A DNA stretch of 32,000 nt from Vibrio alginolyticus NBRC 15630 = ATCC 17749 (GCF_000354175.2 NC_022359.1:360001-392000); one strand, 5' to 3'. Positions 1-10,067 are shown, numbered from the stretch's first letter. The notes: generated by a model from the sequence alone, not told the origin. Numbers and translations: made by a program.

Positions 1-41
1 CGTAACATTTGCAGCCTATTTTAGTAAGAAAGAGAAAAGTA

Positions 42-2033
42 GTGACACGCGATCAATTTGAGTTATTAGCACCCGGTGGTGATTTAGATTCCATCAAAGC
101 CGCCATTGCCGCTGGCGCCGATGCAATTTACTGTGGGCTCGACCGCTTCAATGCTCGTAACCGAGCGACCAACCTCACCTTAGATAACTTAAATGGCGTG
201 TTAACGTTGGCCCATCAGCACAGCTGTAAGATTTTCCTAACGTTGAATGTGCTGATTTTAGAAAGTGAAATTCCAGCGATTGTTCGCTTGCTCAGCCAAC
301 TGAACACCACCAAAATCGATGGCGTGATCGTACAAGATCTCGGTCTGGCCTACATTCTCAAACATCACTTTCCCGATTTGGATGTGCACGCTTCAACGCA
401 ACTGAACACGCATAACGAAGGCCAAATCCTCTTTCTCAACCAGCTCACCGCAAGCCGAGTAAACTTATCTCGCGAACTTAACATCAGTGAGATAAAACAT
501 CTGGCGCAATTTGGTCGCGAGCACAACGTAATGATGGAAGTGTTTGTCCACGGCTCATACTGCATCGGATTCTCCGGAATTTGCTACATCAGTTCCGCTC
601 GCAATGGCGCATCAGGTAACCGTGGACGCTGTAGCCAACCTTGTCGCGAACAGTACGAAACGACCAAAACAGGCAACAACTACCCACTCAATATGAAAGA
701 CAACTCCGCCTTTGGGGACTTGGAAGCGCTTGCCGATGCTGGCGTGTATTCATTAAAAGTGGAAGGGCGAATCAAGAAATCGCACTACGTCTATACCGTG
801 GTCGACAATTGGCGCCAGCAAATCGATCGCTTGTGCGAGGGTTTGGAACTCTCTGAAGACACCACAGAGTTATACACGGTGTTCAACCGTGATTTCTCCA
901 ACGCATTTTTGCAAGGTGATTTCGGCAAGGCGATGTACATCGACAACCCGCGCGACCATGCTGTAAAGCATTTTTCGAAGGTTTACCAATGCCAGTCTGC
1001 TGATGATGTACAAGCGGTGAAAAAGAAACTCTACGATGACAAAACCGCGATCATTGAGAAAGTGGCAGAGCAAACTAAGTCGTTCGATGTCACTTCAACA
1101 CAAGTATCCGGCAGCAGCTTGAAAGGGTCGATTGATGTGCCAACTCTGCCAACGTTACCTCAACCAGAACCTCGCCAAGGTGCGCCAAAATTATCGGTTC
1201 TGATCTCGTCAGCACAAGAAGCCATGCTGTGCGAATACCACGACGTTGATGTTTACTATCAATTGCCAATGGGATTGTCTGGTGAACTGAGCGCGATGAT
1301 TGAATTGTTCCAAGCCAACCCAATGCTCAAACCTTGGTTCCCAGCCATTTTGATTGGCGAAGACTACCACGCCGCGCGCGTATTTTTGGAAACCATCCAA
1401 CCTGAGTGGTTGATCACCAACAACTCAGGTGTCGGCATGATCGCAAAAGAGCTCGGCTTAGGCTGGGTGGCAGGCCCACAACTGAACACGGTGAACTCAT
1501 ACGCGTTTAAATGCCTTCAAGACGAGTTCGCGGCAAGTGGCGCGTTTGTTTCTAACGAGCTGAATATGAAGCAGGTGCGTCACATAAAGCGTCCGAAAAA
1601 CATGCGCAGCTTCTACAGCATTTATCACCCGAACACTCTACTCACGAGCCGCCAATGTTTGTTTCAACAAACCGAAGGATGCCGTAAGGTGAAGGTCAAC
1701 AAAAGTTGTTTGAAACGCTGTGATAAACGCACGTCTATCATCAACTTAAAAGACAATCCTTACTTGGTGCAAAAACAAAAAGGCAGCCACAATTCAATCT
1801 ACAGCGAGCACAACATCTTAAACCTGCAAGTGCTGCACGATCTGCCGCAATTGTTTACCGATGTGTTGATCGATCTGCGTGATATCCAGACCGAAACGAA
1901 AGTCTCAGCAAGCAAACCTGAGTTGATTGACGCGTTCTTAGCTCTACTTGAAGAACACAGCGAACAAACCGTCCAAACGCTGAATGCCATGATTCAACCA
2001 ACAGCCAACGCGCAGTATTTAAAGGGGTTGTAG
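42..2033 (+). CDS. U32-family 'peptidase'-like Fe-S protein, long form
   Basis: ORF 9..2033. An in-frame stop at 3-5 rules out upstream extension. There is no ATG before the conserved N-terminus FELLAPGG...GADAIYCG, so the start is GTG at 42 (purine-rich AAGAAAGAG upstream) or TTG at 9. U32 cysteine motif CX6CX15CX3C in HGSYCIGFSGICYISSARNGASGNRGRCSQPC. Confidence 0.85.
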   Translation: MTRDQFELLAPGGDLDSIKAAIAAGADAIYCGLDRFNARNRATNLTLDNLNGVLTLAHQHSCKIFLTLNVLILESEIPAIVRLLSQLNTTKIDGVIVQDLGLAYILKHHFPDLDVHASTQLNTHNEGQILFLNQLTASRVNLSRELNISEIKHLAQFGREHNVMMEVFVHGSYCIGFSGICYISSARNGASGNRGRCSQPCREQYETTKTGNNYPLNMKDNSAFGDLEALADAGVYSLKVEGRIKKSHYVYTVVDNWRQQIDRLCEGLELSEDTTELYTVFNRDFSNAFLQGDFGKAMYIDNPRDHAVKHFSKVYQCQSADDVQAVKKKLYDDKTAIIEKVAEQTKSFDVTSTQVSGSSLKGSIDVPTLPTLPQPEPRQGAPKLSVLISSAQEAMLCEYHDVDVYYQLPMGLSGELSAMIELFQANPMLKPWFPAILIGEDYHAARVFLETIQPEWLITNNSGVGMIAKELGLGWVAGPQLNTVNSYAFKCLQDEFAASGAFVSNELNMKQVRHIKRPKNMRSFYSIYHPNTLLTSRQCLFQQTEGCRKVKVNKSCLKRCDKRTSIINLKDNPYLVQKQKGSHNSIYSEHNILNLQVLHDLPQLFTDVLIDLRDIQTETKVSASKPELIDAFLALLEEHSEQTVQTLNAMIQPTANAQYLKGL

Positions 2034-2138
2034 GAGTTACTTGAAAGTTAAACAACGCATCGACTCTCAACATATCTTGAACACACACAGTGCACTGACT
2101 ACAATAGCGCACTTTTTACGGAATTTAGGTCACACAAA

Positions 2139-2384
2139 ATGACAGACACAGCTAAACCAGCTCTACCAGATCGCCTAGCGGGTAACCCACGTAGCCCATT
2201 CTTCATCAAAGAATGCTTCGAGCACCAAATCGGTATTCGTATCAACGGCCAAGAGCGTACTGACGTAGAAGAATACTGCATCAGCGAAGGTTGGGTAAAA
2301 ATTGCTTCTCCTAAAGCAAAAGACCGTTTCGGTAACCCAATGCTAATCAAGCTTAAAGGCGAAGTTGAAGCGTACTACGTGTAA
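2139..2384 (+). CDS. small conserved protein, DUF3297-like
   Basis: 81-aa ATG ORF, 105 nt after the U32 gene on the same strand and followed by a terminator. Family assignment is from memory of DUF3297-type sequences (PDRLAGNPRSPFF...). Confidence 0.65.
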   Translation: MTDTAKPALPDRLAGNPRSPFFIKECFEHQIGIRINGQERTDVEEYCISEGWVKIASPKAKDRFGNPMLIKLKGEVEAYYV

Positions 2385-2410
2385 GCTGACTACGCTGAAT
2401 GTATTTGAAA

Positions 2411-2435
2411 GCTCGAGTCTGACTCGGGCTTTTTT
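2411..2435 (+). terminator. Rho-independent terminator
   Basis: Stem GCTCGAG/CTCGGGC (one G-U pair), 5-nt loop, then TTTTT, 27 nt after the stop at 2384. Confidence 0.7.
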
Positions 2436-2610
2436 AATGCCTGTCATATCCCCTTCTCGTTTAATCTATTCCCTCTTCTTTTCAGTACAAGTTATTAAGA
2501 AATCGATGTAAATCGCTGTTTTTATCTGATTGTTGTCTAAAGTTTCTAAAGAACGAACAGCAATAAGCATTGCCAAAAGAAACGACACCTTTTGAATACA
2601 GGGAGAGGAA

Positions 2611-3321
2611 ATGGAAAGCCCACTTGTCACACTCAAACACGCCAGCAAAAGCTTTGTCGATGGCAAAGAGACACATCGCGTGTTGGAAGGCGTCGACTTC
2701 ACGTTGAACACAGGAGCGAGTGTTGCGCTGACGGGCGCAAGTGGCAGCGGCAAAAGTACTTTGCTCAATGTCATCGCTGGCTTTGAGCCGCTTTCCGATG
2801 GTGAGTTGTGGTTAGATGGCGATAACACGGCGGCTTGGAAAGACCCACAATGGAGCCGATTTCGACATCAAAAACTCGGTGTTATCTTCCAGCAATTCAA
2901 TCTATTAACGCCGCTCAACGTGCAGCAAAACATCGCCTTCCCTCTGCATTTGAATCAACAGAAATGGAACGACTGGTGCGATTATTTGGTCGAGACTCTA
3001 GGTATCAGCCAACTTCTCGACAGGCATGTTTCTGCCCTTTCCGGAGGTCAACAACAACGAGTCGCGATTGCGCGCGCATTGGCACACAAACCTAAGCTTC
3101 TACTCGCCGATGAACCCACAGGTAACCTCGACCAAAAAGCAGGCTTGGAAGTGATGAAACTACTCAGTGAAATCACCACCCAAGGCAATACCGCCGTGCT
3201 CTTGGTGACCCACAGCCATGAATGCGCTGAATTTATGAAAGCACGGCTGCGATTGGATAACAGTCAGCTACAGAACAGCCATCAAGTAAACAAACATGAG
3301 CTTCACCATGAAGCAAACTAA
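2611..3321 (+). CDS. ABC transporter ATP-binding protein (LolD/MacB/AttE-like)
   Basis: Walker [10 protein letters not shown], signature LSGGQQQR, Walker [20 protein letters not shown] upstream of the ATG. Confidence 0.9.
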   Translation: MESPLVTLKHASKSFVDGKETHRVLEGVDFTLNTGASVALTGASGSGKSTLLNVIAGFEPLSDGELWLDGDNTAAWKDPQWSRFRHQKLGVIFQQFNLLTPLNVQQNIAFPLHLNQQKWNDWCDYLVETLGISQLLDRHVSALSGGQQQRVAIARALAHKPKLLLADEPTGNLDQKAGLEVMKLLSEITTQGNTAVLLVTHSHECAEFMKARLRLDNSQLQNSHQVNKHELHHEAN

Positions 3322-5818
3322 GCCATCAAACAACAGATTCACTCATACTCGACTCGCCCTGAATCTGTTTGCAGCGCACTATCGGCAGGCGCCACTGCAA
3401 GCCGCCGCGATTCTGATCGGTATCGTGTTGGCTGTGACCTTATTCGTTGCGGTGCAAGCCATCAACCTCAATGCCAAACGAAGTTATGCGGAATCTACCG
3501 AGCAGCTTAGCGCACAAGCTCAGAACTTAATTATTCCACCAGCAGGGCAAAACTATCTGCCCGAGTCTCTTTATTTCACCCTTAGACAAAACGGGCTCAG
3601 TGCAGCACTACCTGTAATCGAAGGGCGAGTGAGAGACGAACAAGGGCGTCGCTGGTCAGTGCAAGGTAGTGAGTTGATTGCCGCAATTTCCTCACGTTCG
3701 CGCTATTCGTCAGAAAACCAACAAAACGTGTCTTTGTTCGACAGTGCTTTACCTTTACCTGAGCTTTTGGCCGGTAAGCCGATCGTGATGATGAGCCAAT
3801 CTCAACATCAAAACTTAGGGGAAGTAGAAACCCTAACTCTGGATGACATTCCAACCCAAGTGGTGGTGCTACCAGACGAATGGCAGTTAGGTAGCCGAAT
3901 GTTGATGGACATTGGCTTTGCCCAGCAACTGCTCAATAAACAAGGGCAGCTCAGTTACATTGCAGTTTTCCATTCGGGTGATAAAGGGGATAAAGACACG
4001 CAGGCAAATTGGCAGAAGCTGATTAGCGATCAAGGGCAATGGATTTCCAATAACCAAAGTACAGACCTTGGTTCGCTGACCGACAGCTTTCACCTCAACC
4101 TCACCGCAATGAGCTTACTCGCGTTTTTAGTCGGGCTGTTCATCGCTTACAACGGCGTAAAGTACAGCTTGCTGAAACGCAATCGGCTGTTAGTGCAAAT
4201 TCAACAAGCGGGTGTTGCGCCGAGCATTGTGTTCTCTGCGCTGTTAGTTGAGCTCACTCTTCTCGTTACCATCGGCGCTTCCCTCGGTTTTGTATTGGGC
4301 ATGCAGCTTAGCCACTGGTTACATCCGACCGTGGCACTGACTCTAAAGCAACTTTATGGCGCGACACTGCTGCCCGGAACTTGGCAGTGGCAATGGTGGG
4401 CACAAGCATTGCTACTCACGTTAGTCGCCACCCTGCTGGCATGTTGGCAGCACTTTAAACAGCGAGTGCGCCAGCCGCTTTCCTCTCATGGCGGATTTTA
4501 TCAAGCGCCGGAAGCCTCTAACGAAAACCAATTGTTCGTGATAGGTGCTTCGTTGACGGCTCTCGCACTCGCAGGGTTATGGTTGAGTGAGCATCACCGC
4601 TTCACCATAGCGTGGCTCGGCGTGCTTGTGGTGTCGATTCCTTTATATCTACCCAAAACACTCAGCGTCTTAGCCAATTGGTGTGAAAAACGCACCAATT
4701 CCGGTTTGATGCAGTATCTTTTTGCTGAGTTGCGCGAGCTGATTTCTCCGCTTTCTCTCGCCATGATGGCACTGCTACTCGCCGTTACAGCCAATATGGG
4801 GATGAATACGCTAGTGGGCAGTTTTGAATCCACCTTAAAACAGTGGTTAGAACAAAGGCTACACGCCGATATTTACGTCAGCCCTGCCCAAGGAGAGATC
4901 GCTGATGTAGAGCGCGCGTTAGGGCAGTTCAATAATGTTGAGACCGTCTACAAGCAATACTACGTCGACGATAACCTGCAAGGCTTACCGATTTTGCTTG
5001 GTACCAAAGACAAAGACACCTTAGAACAAACCATGGTGTTCAAATCGCATTTGGAGAACTTCTGGTCACGCTTTTACCAAGGTGAGTTGGTCGCTATCAG
5101 TGAACCAACCGCGGTCAAACTGGGTTTATCACTGGGTAGCGCGCTCACGCTTGATGCCGTTCCAAATAAGAACCTGCTTGTGGGTGCGGTATTCCACGAT
5201 TACGGCTCACCCAACGGTGAAGTGTTATTGGCACCCAAATTATGGCAAGAGAGTGGCTTTACCGACCTGCCAACAAGCCTTGGCATTAAAGTATCAGGAG
5301 ACCCACAAATCGTATACGAGCAACTGCGCGAGCAATTGAATCTGCATCCAAGTCAGCTCTACGATCAGGCGCAAATCAAATCCATCGCGTTGGATATTTT
5401 CTCGCAGACCTTCGCCATTACACGCGCACTCAACGGCGTGACGTTGATGGTCGCGGTGATTGGTTTGTTCAGTGCTTGTTTTATGTTGCTCGACGCGCGC
5501 AAAGCCGCCATTGCAAGGCTGTATGCACTTGGCGTCAGCCGTCGTAAATTAATGACCATGGTGGTCGGGCAGATCGTCGCTTTGGTCAGTTTTACGCTGG
5601 TCATTGCCCTGCCCCTCGGTGCGATGGTGGGTTATGTACTGACAGACATCGTCACCTTACGAGCTTTTGGTTGGAGCTTAAATTATCTGTGGAATTGGAG
5701 TGATGCGCTGAGCATTGCGGCAATCACCATCTTGGTGGCAGTGATCGCAACCTTGATTCCGCTGTGGCGATTGGTCAGTAAGCCTGTCGTCTCCAGTTTG
5801 CAAAGCGAGGTCTTGTGA
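3296..5818 (+). CDS. ABC transporter permease, duplicated FtsX-type (YbbP/AttFG-like)
   Basis: 840-aa ORF with multiple hydrophobic helices in two blocks separated by large soluble loops. Overlaps the ATPase gene by 26 nt (alternative ATG at 3308). Confidence 0.88.
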   Translation: MSFTMKQTKPSNNRFTHTRLALNLFAAHYRQAPLQAAAILIGIVLAVTLFVAVQAINLNAKRSYAESTEQLSAQAQNLIIPPAGQNYLPESLYFTLRQNGLSAALPVIEGRVRDEQGRRWSVQGSELIAAISSRSRYSSENQQNVSLFDSALPLPELLAGKPIVMMSQSQHQNLGEVETLTLDDIPTQVVVLPDEWQLGSRMLMDIGFAQQLLNKQGQLSYIAVFHSGDKGDKDTQANWQKLISDQGQWISNNQSTDLGSLTDSFHLNLTAMSLLAFLVGLFIAYNGVKYSLLKRNRLLVQIQQAGVAPSIVFSALLVELTLLVTIGASLGFVLGMQLSHWLHPTVALTLKQLYGATLLPGTWQWQWWAQALLLTLVATLLACWQHFKQRVRQPLSSHGGFYQAPEASNENQLFVIGASLTALALAGLWLSEHHRFTIAWLGVLVVSIPLYLPKTLSVLANWCEKRTNSGLMQYLFAELRELISPLSLAMMALLLAVTANMGMNTLVGSFESTLKQWLEQRLHADIYVSPAQGEIADVERALGQFNNVETVYKQYYVDDNLQGLPILLGTKDKDTLEQTMVFKSHLENFWSRFYQGELVAISEPTAVKLGLSLGSALTLDAVPNKNLLVGAVFHDYGSPNGEVLLAPKLWQESGFTDLPTSLGIKVSGDPQIVYEQLREQLNLHPSQLYDQAQIKSIALDIFSQTFAITRALNGVTLMVAVIGLFSACFMLLDARKAAIARLYALGVSRRKLMTMVVGQIVALVSFTLVIALPLGAMVGYVLTDIVTLRAFGWSLNYLWNWSDALSIAAITILVAVIATLIPLWRLVSKPVVSSLQSEVL

Positions 5819-6927
5819 TGGTTCGATTGGCAAGCAAGCTTACTCTACTCATAAGCAGCTTATTCCTATTCGGTTGTGAAGATGCGCAGCAACAAAATAT
5901 GGGAACTTTTCTGGGCAGTGGAGATATGCAAAGCGAAAGCAACCTATTCACACCCGTAGAAAAAGGGGTTGAACTCACCTTTCCTACCGATCATCAAGCG
6001 CACCCAAACTTTCGTCATGAATGGTGGTACTTAACCGCTAACTTAATTGATGAAGAAGGCAACCCACTTGGCGTTCAATGGACACAATTTCGCTTTGCTG
6101 CTGCGCCGCCAACGGGCGAAGATGACGTGAAGAAAACCGAGTGGCAAACTCAGCAAATCTACATGGCGCACAGCGCAGTCACGACAACCGACAAACACTA
6201 TGCAGATGAAAAATGGTCACGCGCTCAAGCGTCCTTAGCCGGCGTCGATAGCTCTCCATTTCGTGTTTACCTCGATGATTGGCAGTGGACCTCTTCAACC
6301 AACGACCTCTTCCCTGCCACGCTAAATGCCAATTCAGAGCAGTTTGGCTACTCACTAAAACTGACCAGCAGCGCACCTTATCAAAAGCAAGGCGAGCAAG
6401 GTTACAGCACCAAAAGTGCCGATGGTCAGGTGGCTTCGTATTACTACAGCCAACCGTTTATTGATGTCTCCGGTGAAGTCACCATCGACGGCGAAACTCA
6501 TCAAGTGTCGGGTGAAGGCTGGATAGATCGAGAGTGGAGCTCGCAATTCTTACTCGACTCACAACAAGGCTGGGACTGGTTTGCTCTGAGGTTGAGTGAC
6601 AAAACCAGCTTGGTGGTGTTCCAGTTGCGGGATTCCAAAACCGGACAAGCTAGTTACGCCAGCGCAAAGCTGATGCAGCAAGATGGCTCTGGCATCGCCA
6701 TTTCTCAAAAAGACATTCGCTTAATAGCAACCAAGCAAACAGAAATCCAAGGGCGAAAGTATCCAACCCAGTGGCAAGTGTCGATTCCAAATCAGCAAAT
6801 TGAGCTTACCGTTTCTGCTCTCAACCCGAACGCGAAAATGCCGCTTTCGGTACCTTATTGGGAAGGCCCAGTACGTATTGAGGGCTCTCATTCTGGGACT
6901 GGTTACATGGAGCTAACGGGGTATTGA
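5815..6927 (+). CDS. lipocalin-like AttH/CrtC-N domain lipoprotein
   Basis: Start GTG 5815 or ATG 5818 overlaps the permease stop (GTGATG). Lipobox-like LFLFGC. Motif FPTDHQAHPNFRHEWWYLTANL is typical of the AttH / hydroxyneurosporene-synthase-like lipocalin domain. Confidence 0.8.
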   Translation: MMVRLASKLTLLISSLFLFGCEDAQQQNMGTFLGSGDMQSESNLFTPVEKGVELTFPTDHQAHPNFRHEWWYLTANLIDEEGNPLGVQWTQFRFAAAPPTGEDDVKKTEWQTQQIYMAHSAVTTTDKHYADEKWSRAQASLAGVDSSPFRVYLDDWQWTSSTNDLFPATLNANSEQFGYSLKLTSSAPYQKQGEQGYSTKSADGQVASYYYSQPFIDVSGEVTIDGETHQVSGEGWIDREWSSQFLLDSQQGWDWFALRLSDKTSLVVFQLRDSKTGQASYASAKLMQQDGSGIAISQKDIRLIATKQTEIQGRKYPTQWQVSIPNQQIELTVSALNPNAKMPLSVPYWEGPVRIEGSHSGTGYMELTGY

Positions 6928-7003
6928 AATGTTGAGCGGGAGCCCCAATTATTCTACTAGAACAAATACTGGCAACCAAGTCATACACTGATTGAAAGGA
7001 AAT

Positions 7004-7273
7004 ATGATGAACCCAATTATCGCCTTGCTGAAAGAGAACAACATCAGCGATGAGCAAATCAACGAGATTTTTCAGACTCTGACGCAAAACCCTCTAGCGG
7101 CAATGGCAACAATCAGCCAACTAGGTTTGCCACAAGACAAGCTACAAATGCTGATGGCGCAAGTGATGCAAAACCCTGCGCTAATCAAAGAAGCCGTAGA
7201 CGAGTTGGGATTGGATTTCTCAAAGGTTGAAGAAGCAAAAGAGAAGCTTCAAAGCCAAAACCAAGGCAACTAA
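7004..7273 (+). CDS. small helical hypothetical protein (possibly DUF2999-like)
   Basis: ORF 6992..7273. ATG at 7004 is preceded by AAAGGA. A bidirectional terminator follows. Family name is recalled, not verified. Confidence 0.6.
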   Translation: MMNPIIALLKENNISDEQINEIFQTLTQNPLAAMATISQLGLPQDKLQMLMAQVMQNPALIKEAVDELGLDFSKVEEAKEKLQSQNQGN

Positions 7274-7300
7274 GTCTTAGCCATTTAGCGCTGAATATAG

Positions 7301-7342
7301 AAAAGGCCGTTAACCCGAGCATGTGGGTTAACGGCCTTTTTT
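7301..7342. terminator. bidirectional Rho-independent terminator
   Basis: 16-bp stem AAAAGGCCGTTAACCC / GGGTTAACGGCCTTTT with an 8-nt loop, A-run on one side and T-run on the other, between convergent genes. Confidence 0.85.
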
Positions 7343-7384
7343 GTTCGCTACGTTGTTGTTAGCTACTTTTTTGTCGGCTAATTA

Positions 7385-7972
7385 TTAGCGATTTAAAGAC
7401 GCGAATTGCTCTGCGGTCATACCGTAGTAGAGCTTGTCGTCAAAGCCTTGCTCTAGTTTATAGTAGTCTTTCTGACGGCCTTCTTGAGTAAAACCATTTT
7501 TCTCTAACGTCTTGTAAGAACCAGCATTAGAAGCGTAGCAATCGGCACTGACTTTATGGGCGTTTAACTCAGTAAATCCAATCTCGGTCATCATTTGGCA
7601 AGCGCGAGTCGCGACGCCTTTGCCCCATGCGCAAGTAGGTAACTGATAACCCACTTCGTAGTTGCCAGTTAAGAACATCACTGCGGTCACCGCACACATT
7701 CCCATGTACTGACCTTGCTGGTCACGAATCACGAACGTTGGGCTATCTGACCAAACACCGTCTTTAATCGCTTGTGCCGTATTTTCAATAATAGGGCCAA
7801 AGAAGCCTTCATACAGGTTGTTATCAGCAGGTGCGAAGAACAGATACTGATTGACCTTATCGTCGTTCAGCATCTCGATAATATCTTGTAGATCAGAGCC
7901 TTGAATCAGTTGGATAGTCAACGATTCATTAAATGGAATGGCTTCGCCTTGTTTTAGTTTTTGATATGACAT
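7385..7972 (-). CDS. GNAT family N-acetyltransferase
   Basis: 195-aa ORF. Acetyl-CoA pocket-like segment QLPTCAWGKGVATRACQMM and overall RimJ/L-like layout. Confidence 0.85.
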   Translation of the reverse strand: MSYQKLKQGEAIPFNESLTIQLIQGSDLQDIIEMLNDDKVNQYLFFAPADNNLYEGFFGPIIENTAQAIKDGVWSDSPTFVIRDQQGQYMGMCAVTAVMFLTGNYEVGYQLPTCAWGKGVATRACQMMTEIGFTELNAHKVSADCYASNAGSYKTLEKNGFTQEGRQKDYYKLEQGFDDKLYYGMTAEQFASLNR

Positions 7973-8063
7973 GTGTTACCTCGTTATCTGCTGAAAATAG
8001 TAGCCCAGCGGATAAGAGAAAAATTGGATTTTTGCGACAACTTTCGGGCTGATTAGCAATGTA

Positions 8064-8927
8064 TTACGACTCAAAATCGCCATAGATATCGATGGTTAAG
8101 TCACGTTTTTTCAGGTATTTGCTCGGCGTTTTTCTTAGCTGATGTTTGAGGGTACGAATCAAATGCGATTGGTCACTGAAACCAAATTGTTGTGAGAAAC
8201 TCGCCCAATCAATCGCTTCTTGTTGCTTGTAGAGAGTCAAAATCATCTGCTCCAGACGCGCCATTTGTTGATACTGCTTAACGCTCAACCCCACCACTTG
8301 TTTGAAACTGCGCTCAAGCGTTCTGCGAGAACAGGCGCACTGTTTGGCTATCTCATCAATATCCATCGCTAACTCAGGTGAACGTAGCGCTTGAGCGTCC
8401 ATCACGGATACCGCTTTTTGTGACGCCAAAAACGGTTTGGTACGGCAAGGTTCGATATCTAACGCATCTAAATGTTGTTTGATGTAGTTCAGCAAACATT
8501 GCGATGAACCTTGCAACTCTAACTGCCATAAGCCTTGTTGAAAGCGCTCATCAAACGCCGCGTTAAGCCAATCAAACCATTCGCATTGGTTAATTGCACT
8601 AACTTGGGATGCATCACTAAACCGTGATTCAATGGCATAAAAACCCTCTGGGCGAAAGGTGATACCAATACGCTTGATGGGAGCCGTATCTTCCAACAAC
8701 AGTAAATGTTCGTTAGCCATTAACAAGTGGCAGCCTTTGCCAGCAAGCTTTGTGTGTCCCGTGTCGTAGCTGTAGCCTTGCTCTGGTGGCGTAAAGAGTA
8801 AATGAGCACGCGGGTTTGGGATAAGGTGCGGCTTGGGGTCAATGACTTCACCCTCTGGCACTTCCAAGTACCAAACTTGATGAATGAGCCATTCGTACTC
8901 TGGCAGAGACTGTTTCCAAGCTATCAT
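8064..8927 (-). CDS. AraC family transcriptional regulator
   Basis: C-terminal double HTH (IAKQCACSRRTLERSFKQVVG ... FGFSDQSHLIRTLKHQLRKTPSKY). ATG at 8927 with AGGAC RBS is preferred over the tracked TTG at 8963. Confidence 0.85.
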   Translation of the reverse strand: MIAWKQSLPEYEWLIHQVWYLEVPEGEVIDPKPHLIPNPRAHLLFTPPEQGYSYDTGHTKLAGKGCHLLMANEHLLLLEDTAPIKRIGITFRPEGFYAIESRFSDASQVSAINQCEWFDWLNAAFDERFQQGLWQLELQGSSQCLLNYIKQHLDALDIEPCRTKPFLASQKAVSVMDAQALRSPELAMDIDEIAKQCACSRRTLERSFKQVVGLSVKQYQQMARLEQMILTLYKQQEAIDWASFSQQFGFSDQSHLIRTLKHQLRKTPSKYLKKRDLTIDIYGDFES

Positions 8928-9111
8928 GATTGTCCTAGCGGTTAGTAAAGATAATGGGCGCAACGTTTTTGCTTAAACATCTGCTCGTTGAGTGTGACTG
9001 ATTGACGCTCATCTCGCCACGCATTTCTCACGCTGCTCCCTTGCAAGCTTGTTGGATTGCGGTAGGCTTTGAGCAGAGAAAACAAGCTGAACAGAACAAG
9101 GAAATCCCCCG

Positions 9112-10011
9112 ATGCGCGTCGACTACCACCAACGACTGGTTCCTGTGATTCGTTATTTAGAACAACACTTTAATGAACCACTCAATCTGCCAGAAGTGGC
9201 CGCGCTGGCGAACCTTTCTCCTTATCACTTTCATCGCACCTTCAAAGCCGTGCAAGGCGAGACATTGGCTGATTTCATTCGACGTTTGCGTCTAGAAGCC
9301 GCCGCCGATGACTTATTCAAATCCAAGCAACCGGTATTAAACATTGCCTTAGAGTACGGATTTTCTAGCTCACAGAGCTTAGCCAAAGCCTTCAAGCAAC
9401 ATTATGGCGTTACACCTACGGCCTTTCGCGACTGCGAAAACTACCAGCAGTTTTCTGAATTAGCACGAAACAGCAAGATTGGACACACGTTGCGCAAGAA
9501 TGGAAACGAAGTAACACCAAGCGATTCATATACTGGCTCTGAACTCACCAAATGGAGCATGACAATGGAAACGCAAAACTTTGAAAAAGCAAAACTGGCT
9601 TACATTCGCGTAAACGGCCCTTACGGCCAAGGCTATGAGGAGCCATCAGGTCGCTTGTATCAATGGGCAGGAATGAAAGGTTTGGCAGGCAATACCTGCA
9701 TCTTCATCTACCATGACAATCCAGAAATCACGCCAGACGAGAAGTGTCGCACTGATATCTGCTTGATGGTGCCAGAAGATACGGAAGTTCCAAAAGGCAT
9801 TGAGCTGCAAGACTTCCCCGGTGGTCAATATGCGGTGATGCGCCAGCACATTACTGACCCGAGCCAATACTCAAAAGCATGGGATGATGTCATGAGCAAG
9901 GTAATTGAATCCGGTATTGAGAACGACGACCGTCCTTGCTTTGAGCTTTACCACAGCTTCGACCCACAAACGCACCATGCAGACGTTAGCTTCTGCACCG
10001 CCATCAAATAA
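9112..10011 (+). CDS. AraC-family regulator with C-terminal GyrI-like effector domain (Rob-like architecture)
   Basis: N-terminal HTH pair (LSPYHFHRTFKAVQGETLADFIRRLRLE, LEYGFSSSQSLAKAFKQHYGVTPTAFR) plus a C-terminal half of about 150 aa resembling GyrI-like domains. RBS AAGGAAA. Confidence 0.85.
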   Translation: MRVDYHQRLVPVIRYLEQHFNEPLNLPEVAALANLSPYHFHRTFKAVQGETLADFIRRLRLEAAADDLFKSKQPVLNIALEYGFSSSQSLAKAFKQHYGVTPTAFRDCENYQQFSELARNSKIGHTLRKNGNEVTPSDSYTGSELTKWSMTMETQNFEKAKLAYIRVNGPYGQGYEEPSGRLYQWAGMKGLAGNTCIFIYHDNPEITPDEKCRTDICLMVPEDTEVPKGIELQDFPGGQYAVMRQHITDPSQYSKAWDDVMSKVIESGIENDDRPCFELYHSFDPQTHHADVSFCTAIK

Positions 10012-10015
10012 ACCA

Positions 10016-10048
10016 AAAGCCTGCGTACTTGCAGGCTTTCTTGTCTTT
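10016..10048. terminator. bidirectional terminator
   Basis: Stem AAAGCCTGC/GCAGGCTTT with a 6-nt loop and a T-rich tail, between convergent genes. Confidence 0.7.
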
Positions 10049-10067
10049 GTAACGTGGTAAGAACCGC

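Noticed and set aside
2466-2828. 120-aa minus-strand ORF across the promoter and 5' end of the ABC ATPase gene.
   Set aside because: It overlaps a well-supported Walker-A-containing gene on the opposite strand, and it has no RBS and no recognisable motifs.
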